Part shown: positions 1 through 7,903 of the stretch, in pieces
Position numbering within the stretch: position 1 is the first letter of the stretch
Layout: the number at the start of each line of letters is the position of its first letter
DNA from: a virus
Virus record (IMG/VR): IMGVR_UViG_3300009008_002419
Location: 29,804-93,803 of that record
DNA length: 64,000 bases
Direction: 5' to 3' (one strand)
Notes under the pieces: generated by a model
Told to the model about the DNA's origin: nothing
Databases searched by the model: none
The model's input: only the letters and a program-made list of their open reading frames with translations
Made by a program: the position numbers and the translations under genes

Positions 1-1
1 T

Positions 2-373
2 ATGTACCAAATGAGTGATCTTCTTGGTGGAGAGGATGGAAGCGGCTGGCCCGCTTCTGCTGATATGGACGAAATTCCTGGATGGCCTTATGACCCGGAT
101 GAAGAAGACCCTTCCGCTCGCGGTGAGTTCTTCATTAACCTGGCGTCTCAGTTCTTTAACTATCCTTTAGGACTTGGTTTCGTAATCAAGGATCAGGAGG
201 AAGAGAACTATGGTGGGTTCTATCTGGAAGAGTGTTATATTCAGAATCACCAATTCACTGTACAAGCTAATCAAACTGTTGTTCTTGAAAATTCAGGCTT
301 AAGAGCTTCGAAGATTGTTCCGATCGAATTAGATACTAAGATTGGTTTAAAAACTTACGGCGGATCTCTATAA
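2..373 (+). CDS. Virion structural protein, probably tail tube-like (5'-truncated)
   Basis: ORF open at the window edge; acidic, beta-rich pattern (FFINLASQFF...GGFYLEECYIQNHQFTVQANQTVVLEN) resembling myophage tube proteins; followed by a terminator. Confidence 0.5.
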   Translation: MYQMSDLLGGEDGSGWPASADMDEIPGWPYDPDEEDPSARGEFFINLASQFFNYPLGLGFVIKDQEEENYGGFYLEECYIQNHQFTVQANQTVVLENSGLRASKIVPIELDTKIGLKTYGGSL

Positions 374-403
374 TTTAAGCTAGAAAGAATTTATTTAAGA
401 ATT

Positions 404-436
404 AGCCCACCCTAGTACTCCTAGGGTGGGCTTTTC
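404..436. terminator. Rho-independent terminator between convergent units
   Basis: Perfect 12-bp stem AGCCCACCCTAG / CTAGGGTGGGCT, 5-nt loop, T-run on the + side. Confidence 0.85.
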
Positions 437-438
437 AT

Positions 439-541
439 TGGTGAGGCAGCAGAGAGGCTTCATTACGGCCCAGGATGCTGCAACATCCCGCCGAGGGCAC
501 GGGCTATTAACTCCGTACGTAAGTCAGCATCATACTACCTC
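439..541 (-). ncRNA. Structured tRNA-like RNA ending in ACCA (103 nt, unknown family)
   Basis: Minus strand: 5' GAGGUAGUA pairs with UGCUGCCUC followed by A-CCA; internal hairpins GUACGG/CCGUGC and GGGAUGU/GCAUCCU. G-U pairs form only on the minus strand; GC-rich island in an AT-rich genome; TATAAG 6 nt upstream. Confidence 0.6.
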
Positions 542-554
542 AAGATTCTTATAC

Positions 555-872
555 CTAAAAAGTATCAGGTTTTCCCCATTTGTCTTCGAGCAATAATAGT
601 GTTATTACTGCGTAATTTGCCAAGTCTTCGAGAGTGTCAATAATTTTTTCATCTGGGATGGCAGGGCGATTTTCATCCCATAGCAAAGTCTTAAGTCTAG
701 AGACTTTGTCCCAAATTCTAACGTAACACCCTTTTGCACCCAGTGCCCCGATGTTGTCAGCTCCATAATCATGGTTTTTAGATTTAGCTAATTTATATAG
801 TGCAATTAACTCTGTTTCAAAGTGACCTAGAGTTTCATCAACATCTTTTTCTATTAAATTTAGTGTACCCAA
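555..872 (-). CDS. DUF1599 / nucleotide-modification-associated domain protein
   Basis: KNHDYG...RIWDKVSRL...DTLEDLANYAVI motif pattern; directly downstream of the DNA polymerase. Confidence 0.8.
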   Translation of the reverse strand: MGTLNLIEKDVDETLGHFETELIALYKLAKSKNHDYGADNIGALGAKGCYVRIWDKVSRLKTLLWDENRPAIPDEKIIDTLEDLANYAVITLLLLEDKWGKPDTF

Positions 873-2629
873 TGGTGGTCTATTTCCGGTTTAACTTCCA
901 TTTTAATGTCAGGCGCAAAGTGATTAAACGCCTTGACCATTTCTTCTTGAACTATTTGTGCTGCTTGCTCAGCATGATCTTTATGTACTTCAACTAATAT
1001 TTCGTCATGAACTACATTAACCAAATATGCATCAAGTTTTACTTCTTTAAGTGCGTCATAAACTTTGTAGAGTGCGAGTTTAGTAATACTTGCACCTGCT
1101 CCTTGGAAAGGAAAGTTTTTTGCAATATTTTCTGCATGACGCCTACTTTTTCCATTATCAAAATCAAGATTTGATAAATCTTCTCGCCTGTGGTCTAATG
1201 GACTATAGGCATAATTTTTACTTAGGGCCTCTGCAGCAAACGACTTCATCAACGCTTTAATGCGTGGGAAATTTCGGAAGTAGTTGTACTGTAACTGCTT
1301 TGCTTCCTTAAATGGAATGTTTAATTGATTAGCTAATTTGCCTGGCCCCATTCCATACATATTCCCGAAAGTAATACTTTTGGCAGCGCCTCGTTGCACC
1401 TTAGTTACTTCTTCATACGGGACATCAAATACTAAACTAGCTGACATACTGTGTAAGTCTTTCCTCTCTTCTAACCACTTTAAGAATTTTGGCTCTCTAC
1501 TTAGGTGGATAAGCAGTCGTAATTCTTGGTTAGAAAAATCAGCTGATATAATACGATAATCTTTATTCTTGGCTGTAAAGGCAGCTCTATAAACTGCCTC
1601 ACCTGGGATATTTTGGAGATTGGGTTTGTCACTAGAATAGCGCCCAGTCTCAGTTCCACCTAATTGCCAGAATGAAGAGTGTAGTCTATTAGAAGGAGTT
1701 TTTAGATGTTGATTTAAAAATTCTTCGCCATAAGTAGACACAAGTTTGGCTTGGCTGCGATAATTTAATAGAGCTGTAATTGCAGGGTGTTTAATATTTT
1801 TTAGTACAGGTTCAGATGTACCTTTAAGATCATCTTTACCTGTTAACTTTTTTAGAACTGGTAATAGTTGTTTTGGAGAGTTAAGATTAAGAGTAACTAC
1901 CCCAAACATATCAGTTTCACAGTAAGGCTTTAGATGCCCATCTAGTTCGGCTTTGTACTCATCAACCTTTTTCTGTGCGACAACTTTTAGGGCCTTCCAT
2001 TTTTCAGTGTCAACATGAATACCGTTTAGCTCTAAAGCTGAGGTGGCTCTGACTGTGTTATACTCTAATTGAGCTAAATTATACATATCACGTTCTTTTA
2101 ATAATGTTGTCAGGTGCGTGAATAGTGGTATTAAATGTTCAGTGTCTTCTCTTGCATATTCTAATTGTTCCTCAGTAAAAGGATCTCCTAATTTCATACC
2201 TGCAAAAGAGCTTTGCTCTTCTTTGCTTATAGAGACCCCAATATACTTATCTAGCACAACATCTAAGCTATGTTTGTTCTGTCTCTTACCTTGTGAGAGG
2301 AGTAAATCTGCTAGCATGGTATCTGCTAAAGGGTTTATTTCTACTCCAAAGTTTGTAAGGGTCATTTGAAAATCATACTTAGAATTATGCATGATTTTAA
2401 CAATGTCTTCAGAATTTAATTTCTCTAAAATAAGCTTTATTAATTCAGGACCTAATTTAAAGACATCTAATACAAATTGTTTATGCGCATTGCCAATTTG
2501 TATTAATAAAACTTTGTCGGTTAATGGATCTAGTCCAGTAGCCTCTACATCATACGCTAATAGCGACTGATTTTTAATAAAGCTAAGTACTTCTTTAAGT
2601 TGTTCTTTTGTTGTAATGTAATAATCCAT
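860..2629 (-). CDS. polA: Family A DNA polymerase with 3'-5' exonuclease (no 5'-3' nuclease domain)
   Basis: ExoI DVEATG, ExoII HNSKYD, ExoIII YAREDT; motif A ADFSNQELR, motif B RGAAKSITFGNMYG, motif C VHDE. Confidence 0.95.
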   Translation of the reverse strand: MDYYITTKEQLKEVLSFIKNQSLLAYDVEATGLDPLTDKVLLIQIGNAHKQFVLDVFKLGPELIKLILEKLNSEDIVKIMHNSKYDFQMTLTNFGVEINPLADTMLADLLLSQGKRQNKHSLDVVLDKYIGVSISKEEQSSFAGMKLGDPFTEEQLEYAREDTEHLIPLFTHLTTLLKERDMYNLAQLEYNTVRATSALELNGIHVDTEKWKALKVVAQKKVDEYKAELDGHLKPYCETDMFGVVTLNLNSPKQLLPVLKKLTGKDDLKGTSEPVLKNIKHPAITALLNYRSQAKLVSTYGEEFLNQHLKTPSNRLHSSFWQLGGTETGRYSSDKPNLQNIPGEAVYRAAFTAKNKDYRIISADFSNQELRLLIHLSREPKFLKWLEERKDLHSMSASLVFDVPYEEVTKVQRGAAKSITFGNMYGMGPGKLANQLNIPFKEAKQLQYNYFRNFPRIKALMKSFAAEALSKNYAYSPLDHRREDLSNLDFDNGKSRRHAENIAKNFPFQGAGASITKLALYKVYDALKEVKLDAYLVNVVHDEILVEVHKDHAEQAAQIVQEEMVKAFNHFAPDIKMEVKPEIDHHWVH

Positions 2630-3444
2630 TAATCGTCTTCTATATGCATTTCTAGGCGTGAAGCCCGATGTTTTTTCTGTAATTTCTCAATTACAGCTTT
2701 CTTTATTTGTCGTATTCGTTCTCTAGTTAATCCTAAATCAATCCCGATTTCTTCTAATGTGTGTCCTCGCATTTCACCAATTCCGAAATACATTTTAATT
2801 ATTTCTTGCTCACGTTCTGTGAACTCACTTAGAACATCGTCTATATCTTTTGATAGGTATTGATCTTCAAGATCTTTAGATGGTGGTGCATCATCACTAG
2901 GCATTATTTCATGAATAGTTTTATTAGTTTGTTCATGGGGTTTATCTATATCCACATAAGTAAATAATAAGTTATCCAGTGTGTCATAAATGCCGTGCTT
3001 ACTTAATTCTTGGTACAATTCTTCAATTGTAGGCGGTCGTCCCACATCCTGCTCAAGCTCAACTTTTATCTTGTTGATTTTTCCAACAAGTGAAATTTTA
3101 TTAGCAGGTAATCTTATTAATCGGGACAGTTCATGAATACAATTGATTATTGATTGTCTAATCCACCAGACTGCGTAAGTTATGAATTTAATGTTGCGAT
3201 CTATATCAAAGTTTTCATAAGCCTTCATTAATCCATAATTGCCTTCACCAATTAAGTCTTCTAAAGGTATGCCTTGTCCTTGGTATTGTTTTGCAATACT
3301 AACCACAAATCGTAAATTGGAACGAATTATCTTTTCTTTTGCTCGTTCGTTACCAGCCTTTGCTTTCACAAAGAGCAAATGTTCCTCTTCTTTAGATAGT
3401 GGAGGAATATCTTTTATTGTTTCAAAATAGTGTGTTAGGGACAT
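2629..3444 (-). CDS. RNA polymerase sigma-70 factor, short RpoD/RpoS type lacking region 1.1
   Basis: Region 2 SNLRFVVSIAKQY and KFITYAVWWIRQSI; region 4 TLEEIGIDLGLTRERIRQI. Confidence 0.95.
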   Translation of the reverse strand: MSLTHYFETIKDIPPLSKEEEHLLFVKAKAGNERAKEKIIRSNLRFVVSIAKQYQGQGIPLEDLIGEGNYGLMKAYENFDIDRNIKFITYAVWWIRQSIINCIHELSRLIRLPANKISLVGKINKIKVELEQDVGRPPTIEELYQELSKHGIYDTLDNLLFTYVDIDKPHEQTNKTIHEIMPSDDAPPSKDLEDQYLSKDIDDVLSEFTEREQEIIKMYFGIGEMRGHTLEEIGIDLGLTRERIRQIKKAVIEKLQKKHRASRLEMHIEDD

Positions 3445-3463
3445 GTAATTGATGATTTTAGAT

Positions 3464-3505
3464 AAAAATACCGCTGCGCATTAGTACTAGCTAACACACA
3501 GCGGC
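3464..3505 (-). terminator. Rho-independent terminator closing the Ubl/holin unit, just upstream of the sigma gene
   Basis: 14-bp stem CCGCUGUGUGUUAG / CUAAUGCGCAGCGG (G-U pairs on the minus strand) followed by UAUUUUU. Confidence 0.8.
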
Positions 3506-3515
3506 ATTCAGATAC

Positions 3516-3794
3516 TTATTTCTTTCCGTTCTTTGCCTTTTTAGCCTCAACCGTAGGTCCGATGACCTTATTATCAAAGTTATATAAAAGGGTGGCACCA
3601 CCACCAACTAGGAATGCCTGAATTAAGAGGTCCTGGATCTGTACGCCAGCCTCCTTACCCCAAATAGCAGCAAAGACGCCACCAAGAATAAAGGGTACTA
3701 AGGCCCACAGTCGCTGTGGTAACCATTGTTTTATATAATTTGTAATAATCGGAATAACGACTACTGCAAGAGCATAAATTGAATCAAAATCCAT
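3516..3794 (-). CDS. Small membrane protein, holin-like
   Basis: 92 aa with about three hydrophobic segments and a basic C-terminus (KKAKNGKK). Confidence 0.6.
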   Translation of the reverse strand: MDFDSIYALAVVVIPIITNYIKQWLPQRLWALVPFILGGVFAAIWGKEAGVQIQDLLIQAFLVGGGATLLYNFDNKVIGPTVEAKKAKNGKK

Positions 3795-3807
3795 CTATGT
3801 TTTTCGG

Positions 3808-4422
3808 TTAAAATTTAAATGACCACGACGGTAAGTTCCGGTCACCACGTAACCAATTTAATAGCAACTGTGCTGCTATTGTGGCTATAATTCTATTTCC
3901 TAATTGGATACGATTTTCATTAAGTTCCCATTCTAACTGGCAACTTCCTCCATCTTCTGGATTATCTAAATTTAGTGTTTTTAACATTGCTTCGCAAGTA
4001 TTTTTTTCGTGTTTTGTGAAAAAAGATACCATGGTGCTTTCAGATCTTAAATCAATCCAGTATGGATCTGTGTCTGCAATTGGATCAGAAATAAGAGTTT
4101 CAAATAGAAGCTGCCTAAAGGCTGTATTATCTACAGCACTCACAACGCAGTCATAACCCGTTATCTCTTTTGCAGTTGTAATCCTTTTTACCATTGGAGT
4201 AAACAAATAGCGAATATTCAAGGATTCCGCTTTTTGTTCTAAAATGTCTTCTTCTGTGAAGTTTTGGTAAGAAAGATTTTTGGTTTCTACGGTGTCATCA
4301 TCAGCAAAAACAAATTCACATCCCGGAAATTGTCCATGCTTTTGTAATTGAAATAAATGTTGGGCAAGCCAACTACCAATACCACCAGCACCTACGATTA
4401 ATATGTCTCTATTATTCGCCAT
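3808..4422 (-). CDS. ThiF/E1-like ubiquitin-activating adenylyltransferase
   Basis: ILIVGAGGIGS Rossmann loop; DDDTVETKNLSYQ, KA and SAVDN motifs; candidate catalytic Cys in GGSCQ. Confidence 0.92.
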   Translation of the reverse strand: MANNRDILIVGAGGIGSWLAQHLFQLQKHGQFPGCEFVFADDDTVETKNLSYQNFTEEDILEQKAESLNIRYLFTPMVKRITTAKEITGYDCVVSAVDNTAFRQLLFETLISDPIADTDPYWIDLRSESTMVSFFTKHEKNTCEAMLKTLNLDNPEDGGSCQLEWELNENRIQLGNRIIATIAAQLLLNWLRGDRNLPSWSFKF

Positions 4423-4855
4423 TTAGTACACGTACCTCAGTAATGTGTTCCCACTCTCGGTTGTCTTCATCTCCGTCCCAATAGTAGAAAGCTAGGTTAT
4501 TAAATTTTGGTGAATAGATGATGTAAATTCCTTTATATCCAGCTCCGTTATGATCTGTCATAGACGGGATTGGTAGATTATTTGGATGTGTATGAAAGAT
4601 GCCTATAAAGTCTTTATCCGCTGATTTCTTCACTAATCTGGTGTCTTTAATGATTTGAAAGAATTCAGTCGGATCAGGCATATAATGAACAACAGCCATA
4701 TCACCAGGAGTGATATTAGTTGTTGGTGTAAACTCTTTAATCTCCCATTCATCGCCTTGTTGGCCAGTAAGCACTCCACAGACTTCTACTGTGGAGTGCT
4801 CATCGCCATAATCTGCAAGTTGCTGTAATAAAGAATTCTCTACAGCTACTTTCAT
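4412..4855 (-). CDS. JAB/MPN+ (Mov34) metallo-isopeptidase
   Basis: EVCGVL...FHTHPNNLPIPSMTD is a complete E...HxH-x7-S-x2-D JAMM motif. Likely ATG start at 4855 (MKVAVE), right after the Ubl stop. Confidence 0.92.
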   Translation of the reverse strand: MKVAVENSLLQQLADYGDEHSTVEVCGVLTGQQGDEWEIKEFTPTTNITPGDMAVVHYMPDPTEFFQIIKDTRLVKKSADKDFIGIFHTHPNNLPIPSMTDHNGAGYKGIYIIYSPKFNNLAFYYWDGDEDNREWEHITEVRVLNGE

Positions 4856-4856
4856 T

Positions 4857-5096
4857 CTAACCCCCAACGAGGGCGTTAGTTAATGTAAGATCTTCTGCTT
4901 CAATTAATTCGTCAACTGTTACATCCTGAGGATTTCTGTTGACGCCATCAATGTAAAGCCACTTATTCTGTTTGTCACACCGCTCGGTGATTTCTGCTAA
5001 TGCTTGACCAGCAGGAACTTCAATTTCATCGTGACCCGCAGTTGATACTACATTTAACTGTACTTTAGTAAATCTTTTATCTTTGTCAATTGCCAT
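4857..5096 (-). CDS. Ubiquitin-like beta-grasp protein ending in Gly-Gly
   Basis: 79 aa; strand-strand-helix-strand pattern; WLYIDG; C-terminus LTLTNALVGG-stop; adjacent to JAB and E1. Confidence 0.85.
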   Translation of the reverse strand: MAIDKDKRFTKVQLNVVSTAGHDEIEVPAGQALAEITERCDKQNKWLYIDGVNRNPQDVTVDELIEAEDLTLTNALVGG

Positions 5097-5129
5097 TTAA
5101 ATCCTTAATTATTAATAATTTGTATTACC

Positions 5130-7394
5130 TTATTTGTTCAAGGTATTAATTTGAGTTGCAACTTTTTCATCGTTATGGAGCGCGAAGATTCGGTTAACGA
5201 TCTTATCTTTGCCAACCTGCGCAGTGGATTTATCAACGATACAAATATAGCTACCGGTATTATAATCATAGACTCCACAACGGTTTGTATGGGCATCATT
5301 GTTTTCAAGCTCTAAGAAATAGGTACCCTTTTTGCCGTCAATCTTATACCCTGTTCTCGTACTTCCACCAATCTGAGAAGTTTCAAGTTCAAGATTGAAC
5401 ATTTTAACAGTTTTGTTTAGAAGCTCTTCGCTCTTAGCGACTGCATTCTTAAAGGTTTCTGTAGCTTTTTCAATGATTCCTTTCATATCTTTGAGATCAA
5501 TGCCTTCAACAATATCTTCATTTAATAAGAGCTCAACCATATCAATTAAATTATTTTTATTTTCTATAGACAGAAAGCGATTAATAGCTTTAATAGTATA
5601 GTTGTTTTTATTAATGACGACAGTGTTTTTCCCATCTTTCTTTTCCAGCAAGAATTTAATCTTTAGTTGTTTATTCTGGAGTTCATCAAAGATGGTTGCA
5701 TCAACACCTAACTCGAGATATGAGTGTATTCGTAAAGAACACTTTTTTACTTCTTTTAAGAAGTAATCATAGTCTGTCTGATTTTGATAGCAGACAGCCC
5801 TTTCTAAACACTCTTGAACTTCACCTTTATTAATTCGGTGACCATTAATACGGTATGTAGTAACATAGTGTCCACGAGCATTTTGCTTTTCAACATGTTC
5901 AACCTTAAATTTAACAGAGCCTAATGTTCCCGCAATAGTACCATTGTGCTTGGCCATTATGTGAGAAATAAAGCCTGTCATAATATGATCAAAGTTAACA
6001 TGTTTAATATCACGAACTTCAGAAGCTCGTGTTAATAAATTTGAAAGCCACGTTTTTTCATTGCCCTCTGAAAAAGACAACTCTTCAGTTTCATATTTAA
6101 CAGAGTCGGCAGTGATTACCATGTCGTTAAATTTGATTTCGCCTTTTTGTTCGGTCAAGTTTTTAAATAGTGTCTTTGCTTTTTTCTTAAGCTTCTCACT
6201 AGCAACAGCTTCTTGCTTTTGTAGTGCCGCTTTTCTTAGCTCTCTATTTGTAATTCTATCAATAGAGTCATTATCGATTAGTACTACTTGTTCTTTTCTA
6301 CCAAGTACAAATTCATTAAGTAAGTTGGCCGAGATTGTTTTGGGATCTTCGAGTTCAATGAACATCCCCACATTGTTTGCTAACTGACCCAAAGCATTTG
6401 TACTAAATCTGTACATAAGTCTGCCTACGTCTAAATAGTCATAAAGATCAGGGTGATCTGCTTGAGTAAAAGAAGCTACTTTCCAGACCATTCCTGAAGT
6501 ATCAGCATTATCATAACGCCTTGAGTAGGGATCTGATTCAAACGAGCCCGAAACAATAGTTCGTGTATTATCAAATTCTGCGACTAAGCCAATAACAGAA
6601 TAAGTTGAGCTAGTTGCTATAATTTTAGCTACTGACGCATTCTCTACTTTTCCGCCATTAAGCTCTACTAAAGTTGTTTTACATTCAGGATGAAGTAACT
6701 CAATAAAAGTTTTATACAACTCTAAGTGTGATGTTGTTTTTTCACTTGTTGGGTATAGTTGGAATGCTTTAGTATCAAAAAAGAAATTTTTATTATCAGT
6801 TATGTATTTTTTAAGCTTATCTAATAATCCATCTGATGTATTTGCAGTTGCTTCTAAGGGCGGAACTAGATTTAGAAAAGTTAGCCCCCCACTGTAAGTT
6901 TTCCCACTTACAAAAACCTGACTAAGCGTTTTTAACTCATTTAAGAATGTTTCAGTAAATTTTTTAAAGTTAATCTTTATTAATACTGAGTTTACTTGTA
7001 CATCTTTATCGTTAGATTTCCCAATATGAAAGGTATCTAAAAATTGATTGATTGTGGGAGAATGTCCTTTAGCCCTTACATTATTTGCAAAGAAATAGTG
7101 GCCTTCACCTTCTGCAATATGTTTATCTAAAAACGTTTTATTTTCTGGAGATATACCTTCAAGAGCTACACCAAAAAAGTTGGTCGCTCCTTGATGATAT
7201 CTGTTATATAAAGGATTTATAACTAACAATAGTTTTGGTGATCTGTATAAATATACAAATCCTTGGTAGCCAAGTCGTTGGCCCGCTTTTGTAACACGCT
7301 CTTTGATTTTAGGTAATTGTTTAATGATTTCATCAGACAATCCAAAATCATAGATAGCGTTAAATGCTTCTAGGTTTTTTTCAGAGATATTCAT
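5130..7394 (-). CDS. Large hypothetical protein co-transcribed with the Ubl module (candidate E2-like C-terminus)
   Basis: 754-aa ORF with two coiled-coil stretches; C-terminal beta-meander plus helix containing GSYICIVD. Confidence 0.6.
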   Translation of the reverse strand: MNISEKNLEAFNAIYDFGLSDEIIKQLPKIKERVTKAGQRLGYQGFVYLYRSPKLLLVINPLYNRYHQGATNFFGVALEGISPENKTFLDKHIAEGEGHYFFANNVRAKGHSPTINQFLDTFHIGKSNDKDVQVNSVLIKINFKKFTETFLNELKTLSQVFVSGKTYSGGLTFLNLVPPLEATANTSDGLLDKLKKYITDNKNFFFDTKAFQLYPTSEKTTSHLELYKTFIELLHPECKTTLVELNGGKVENASVAKIIATSSTYSVIGLVAEFDNTRTIVSGSFESDPYSRRYDNADTSGMVWKVASFTQADHPDLYDYLDVGRLMYRFSTNALGQLANNVGMFIELEDPKTISANLLNEFVLGRKEQVVLIDNDSIDRITNRELRKAALQKQEAVASEKLKKKAKTLFKNLTEQKGEIKFNDMVITADSVKYETEELSFSEGNEKTWLSNLLTRASEVRDIKHVNFDHIMTGFISHIMAKHNGTIAGTLGSVKFKVEHVEKQNARGHYVTTYRINGHRINKGEVQECLERAVCYQNQTDYDYFLKEVKKCSLRIHSYLELGVDATIFDELQNKQLKIKFLLEKKDGKNTVVINKNNYTIKAINRFLSIENKNNLIDMVELLLNEDIVEGIDLKDMKGIIEKATETFKNAVAKSEELLNKTVKMFNLELETSQIGGSTRTGYKIDGKKGTYFLELENNDAHTNRCGVYDYNTGSYICIVDKSTAQVGKDKIVNRIFALHNDEKVATQINTLNK

Positions 7395-7778
7395 TTACGT
7401 TGAATCCTTTTCTTTAATAGTAGGTCGGCTTGTATTAAAGAAAGGTACGACGTTTTCAGTAAATTTATCACGCTGTGTGTTCAGACATGCTGTAACTAGA
7501 TCTTGGATTACATGCACTAATTCAGGTCCTGAATAGTCTTTCGTAACTTTTTGCGCGATTTCCAATGCACTTTCTTCGATATGATCTTGCAAATTCCAAT
7601 CACAGAATAAAGCAGGTTTAACTTTATTTGTGGTTTGCATATCTTTTTTGTTAAGTCGTGTGGTAAAGGTTGTCTTTCCACATCGCTTACACGTTGGGCG
7701 GTGGTCTTTAACTTGTGTATTCATAAAGTGCAAATAACCGCAATTAGTACATTTAATAAAACGTGTTCCAGTCTTCAT
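7395..7778 (-). CDS. Zinc-ribbon protein
   Basis: CTNC...CKRC pairs. Probable start ATG at 7778 (MKTGTRF) with AGGA upstream; the longer track ORF runs through the terminator hairpin. Confidence 0.7.
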   Translation of the reverse strand: MKTGTRFIKCTNCGYLHFMNTQVKDHRPTCKRCGKTTFTTRLNKKDMQTTNKVKPALFCDWNLQDHIEESALEIAQKVTKDYSGPELVHVIQDLVTACLNTQRDKFTENVVPFFNTSRPTIKEKDST

Positions 7779-7804
7779 TTTGTTCCTAATAAATAATATT
7801 ATTT

Positions 7805-7862
7805 TAAAATAAAATAAACCCAACACAAGCCTGAAGAGGGACACCTGTGTTGGGTTTTATTT
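7805..7862. terminator. Terminator-like hairpin downstream of the RNR gene
   Basis: 12-bp stem AAACCCAACACA (7816-7827) / TGTGTTGGGTTT (7846-7857), A/T tracts on both sides. Confidence 0.75.
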
Positions 7863-7903
7863 TGAGACGATTTGTCTTCTATGTTCTTATACCAAAATTT
7901 TAA

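Noticed and set aside
439-541. Canonical tRNA, tRNA-Sec or HDV/hammerhead ribozyme
   Set aside because: No T-loop UUC, D-loop GG or UCA anticodon; no nested pseudoknot or CUGAUGA/GAAA core could be built.
4412-5096. Lambda-type tail-tip genes gpK (JAB) and gpI (Ubl)
   Set aside because: No NlpC/P60 domain, not in the tail module, the Ubl has no C-terminal extension, and an E1 is present.
3808-5096. Thiamine or molybdopterin biosynthesis operon (thiF/thiS, moeB/moaD)
   Set aside because: No ThiG, MoaE or sulfur donor in the window and the E1 lacks the Zn-binding CxxC pairs. Not strictly excluded, so no gene symbols were given.
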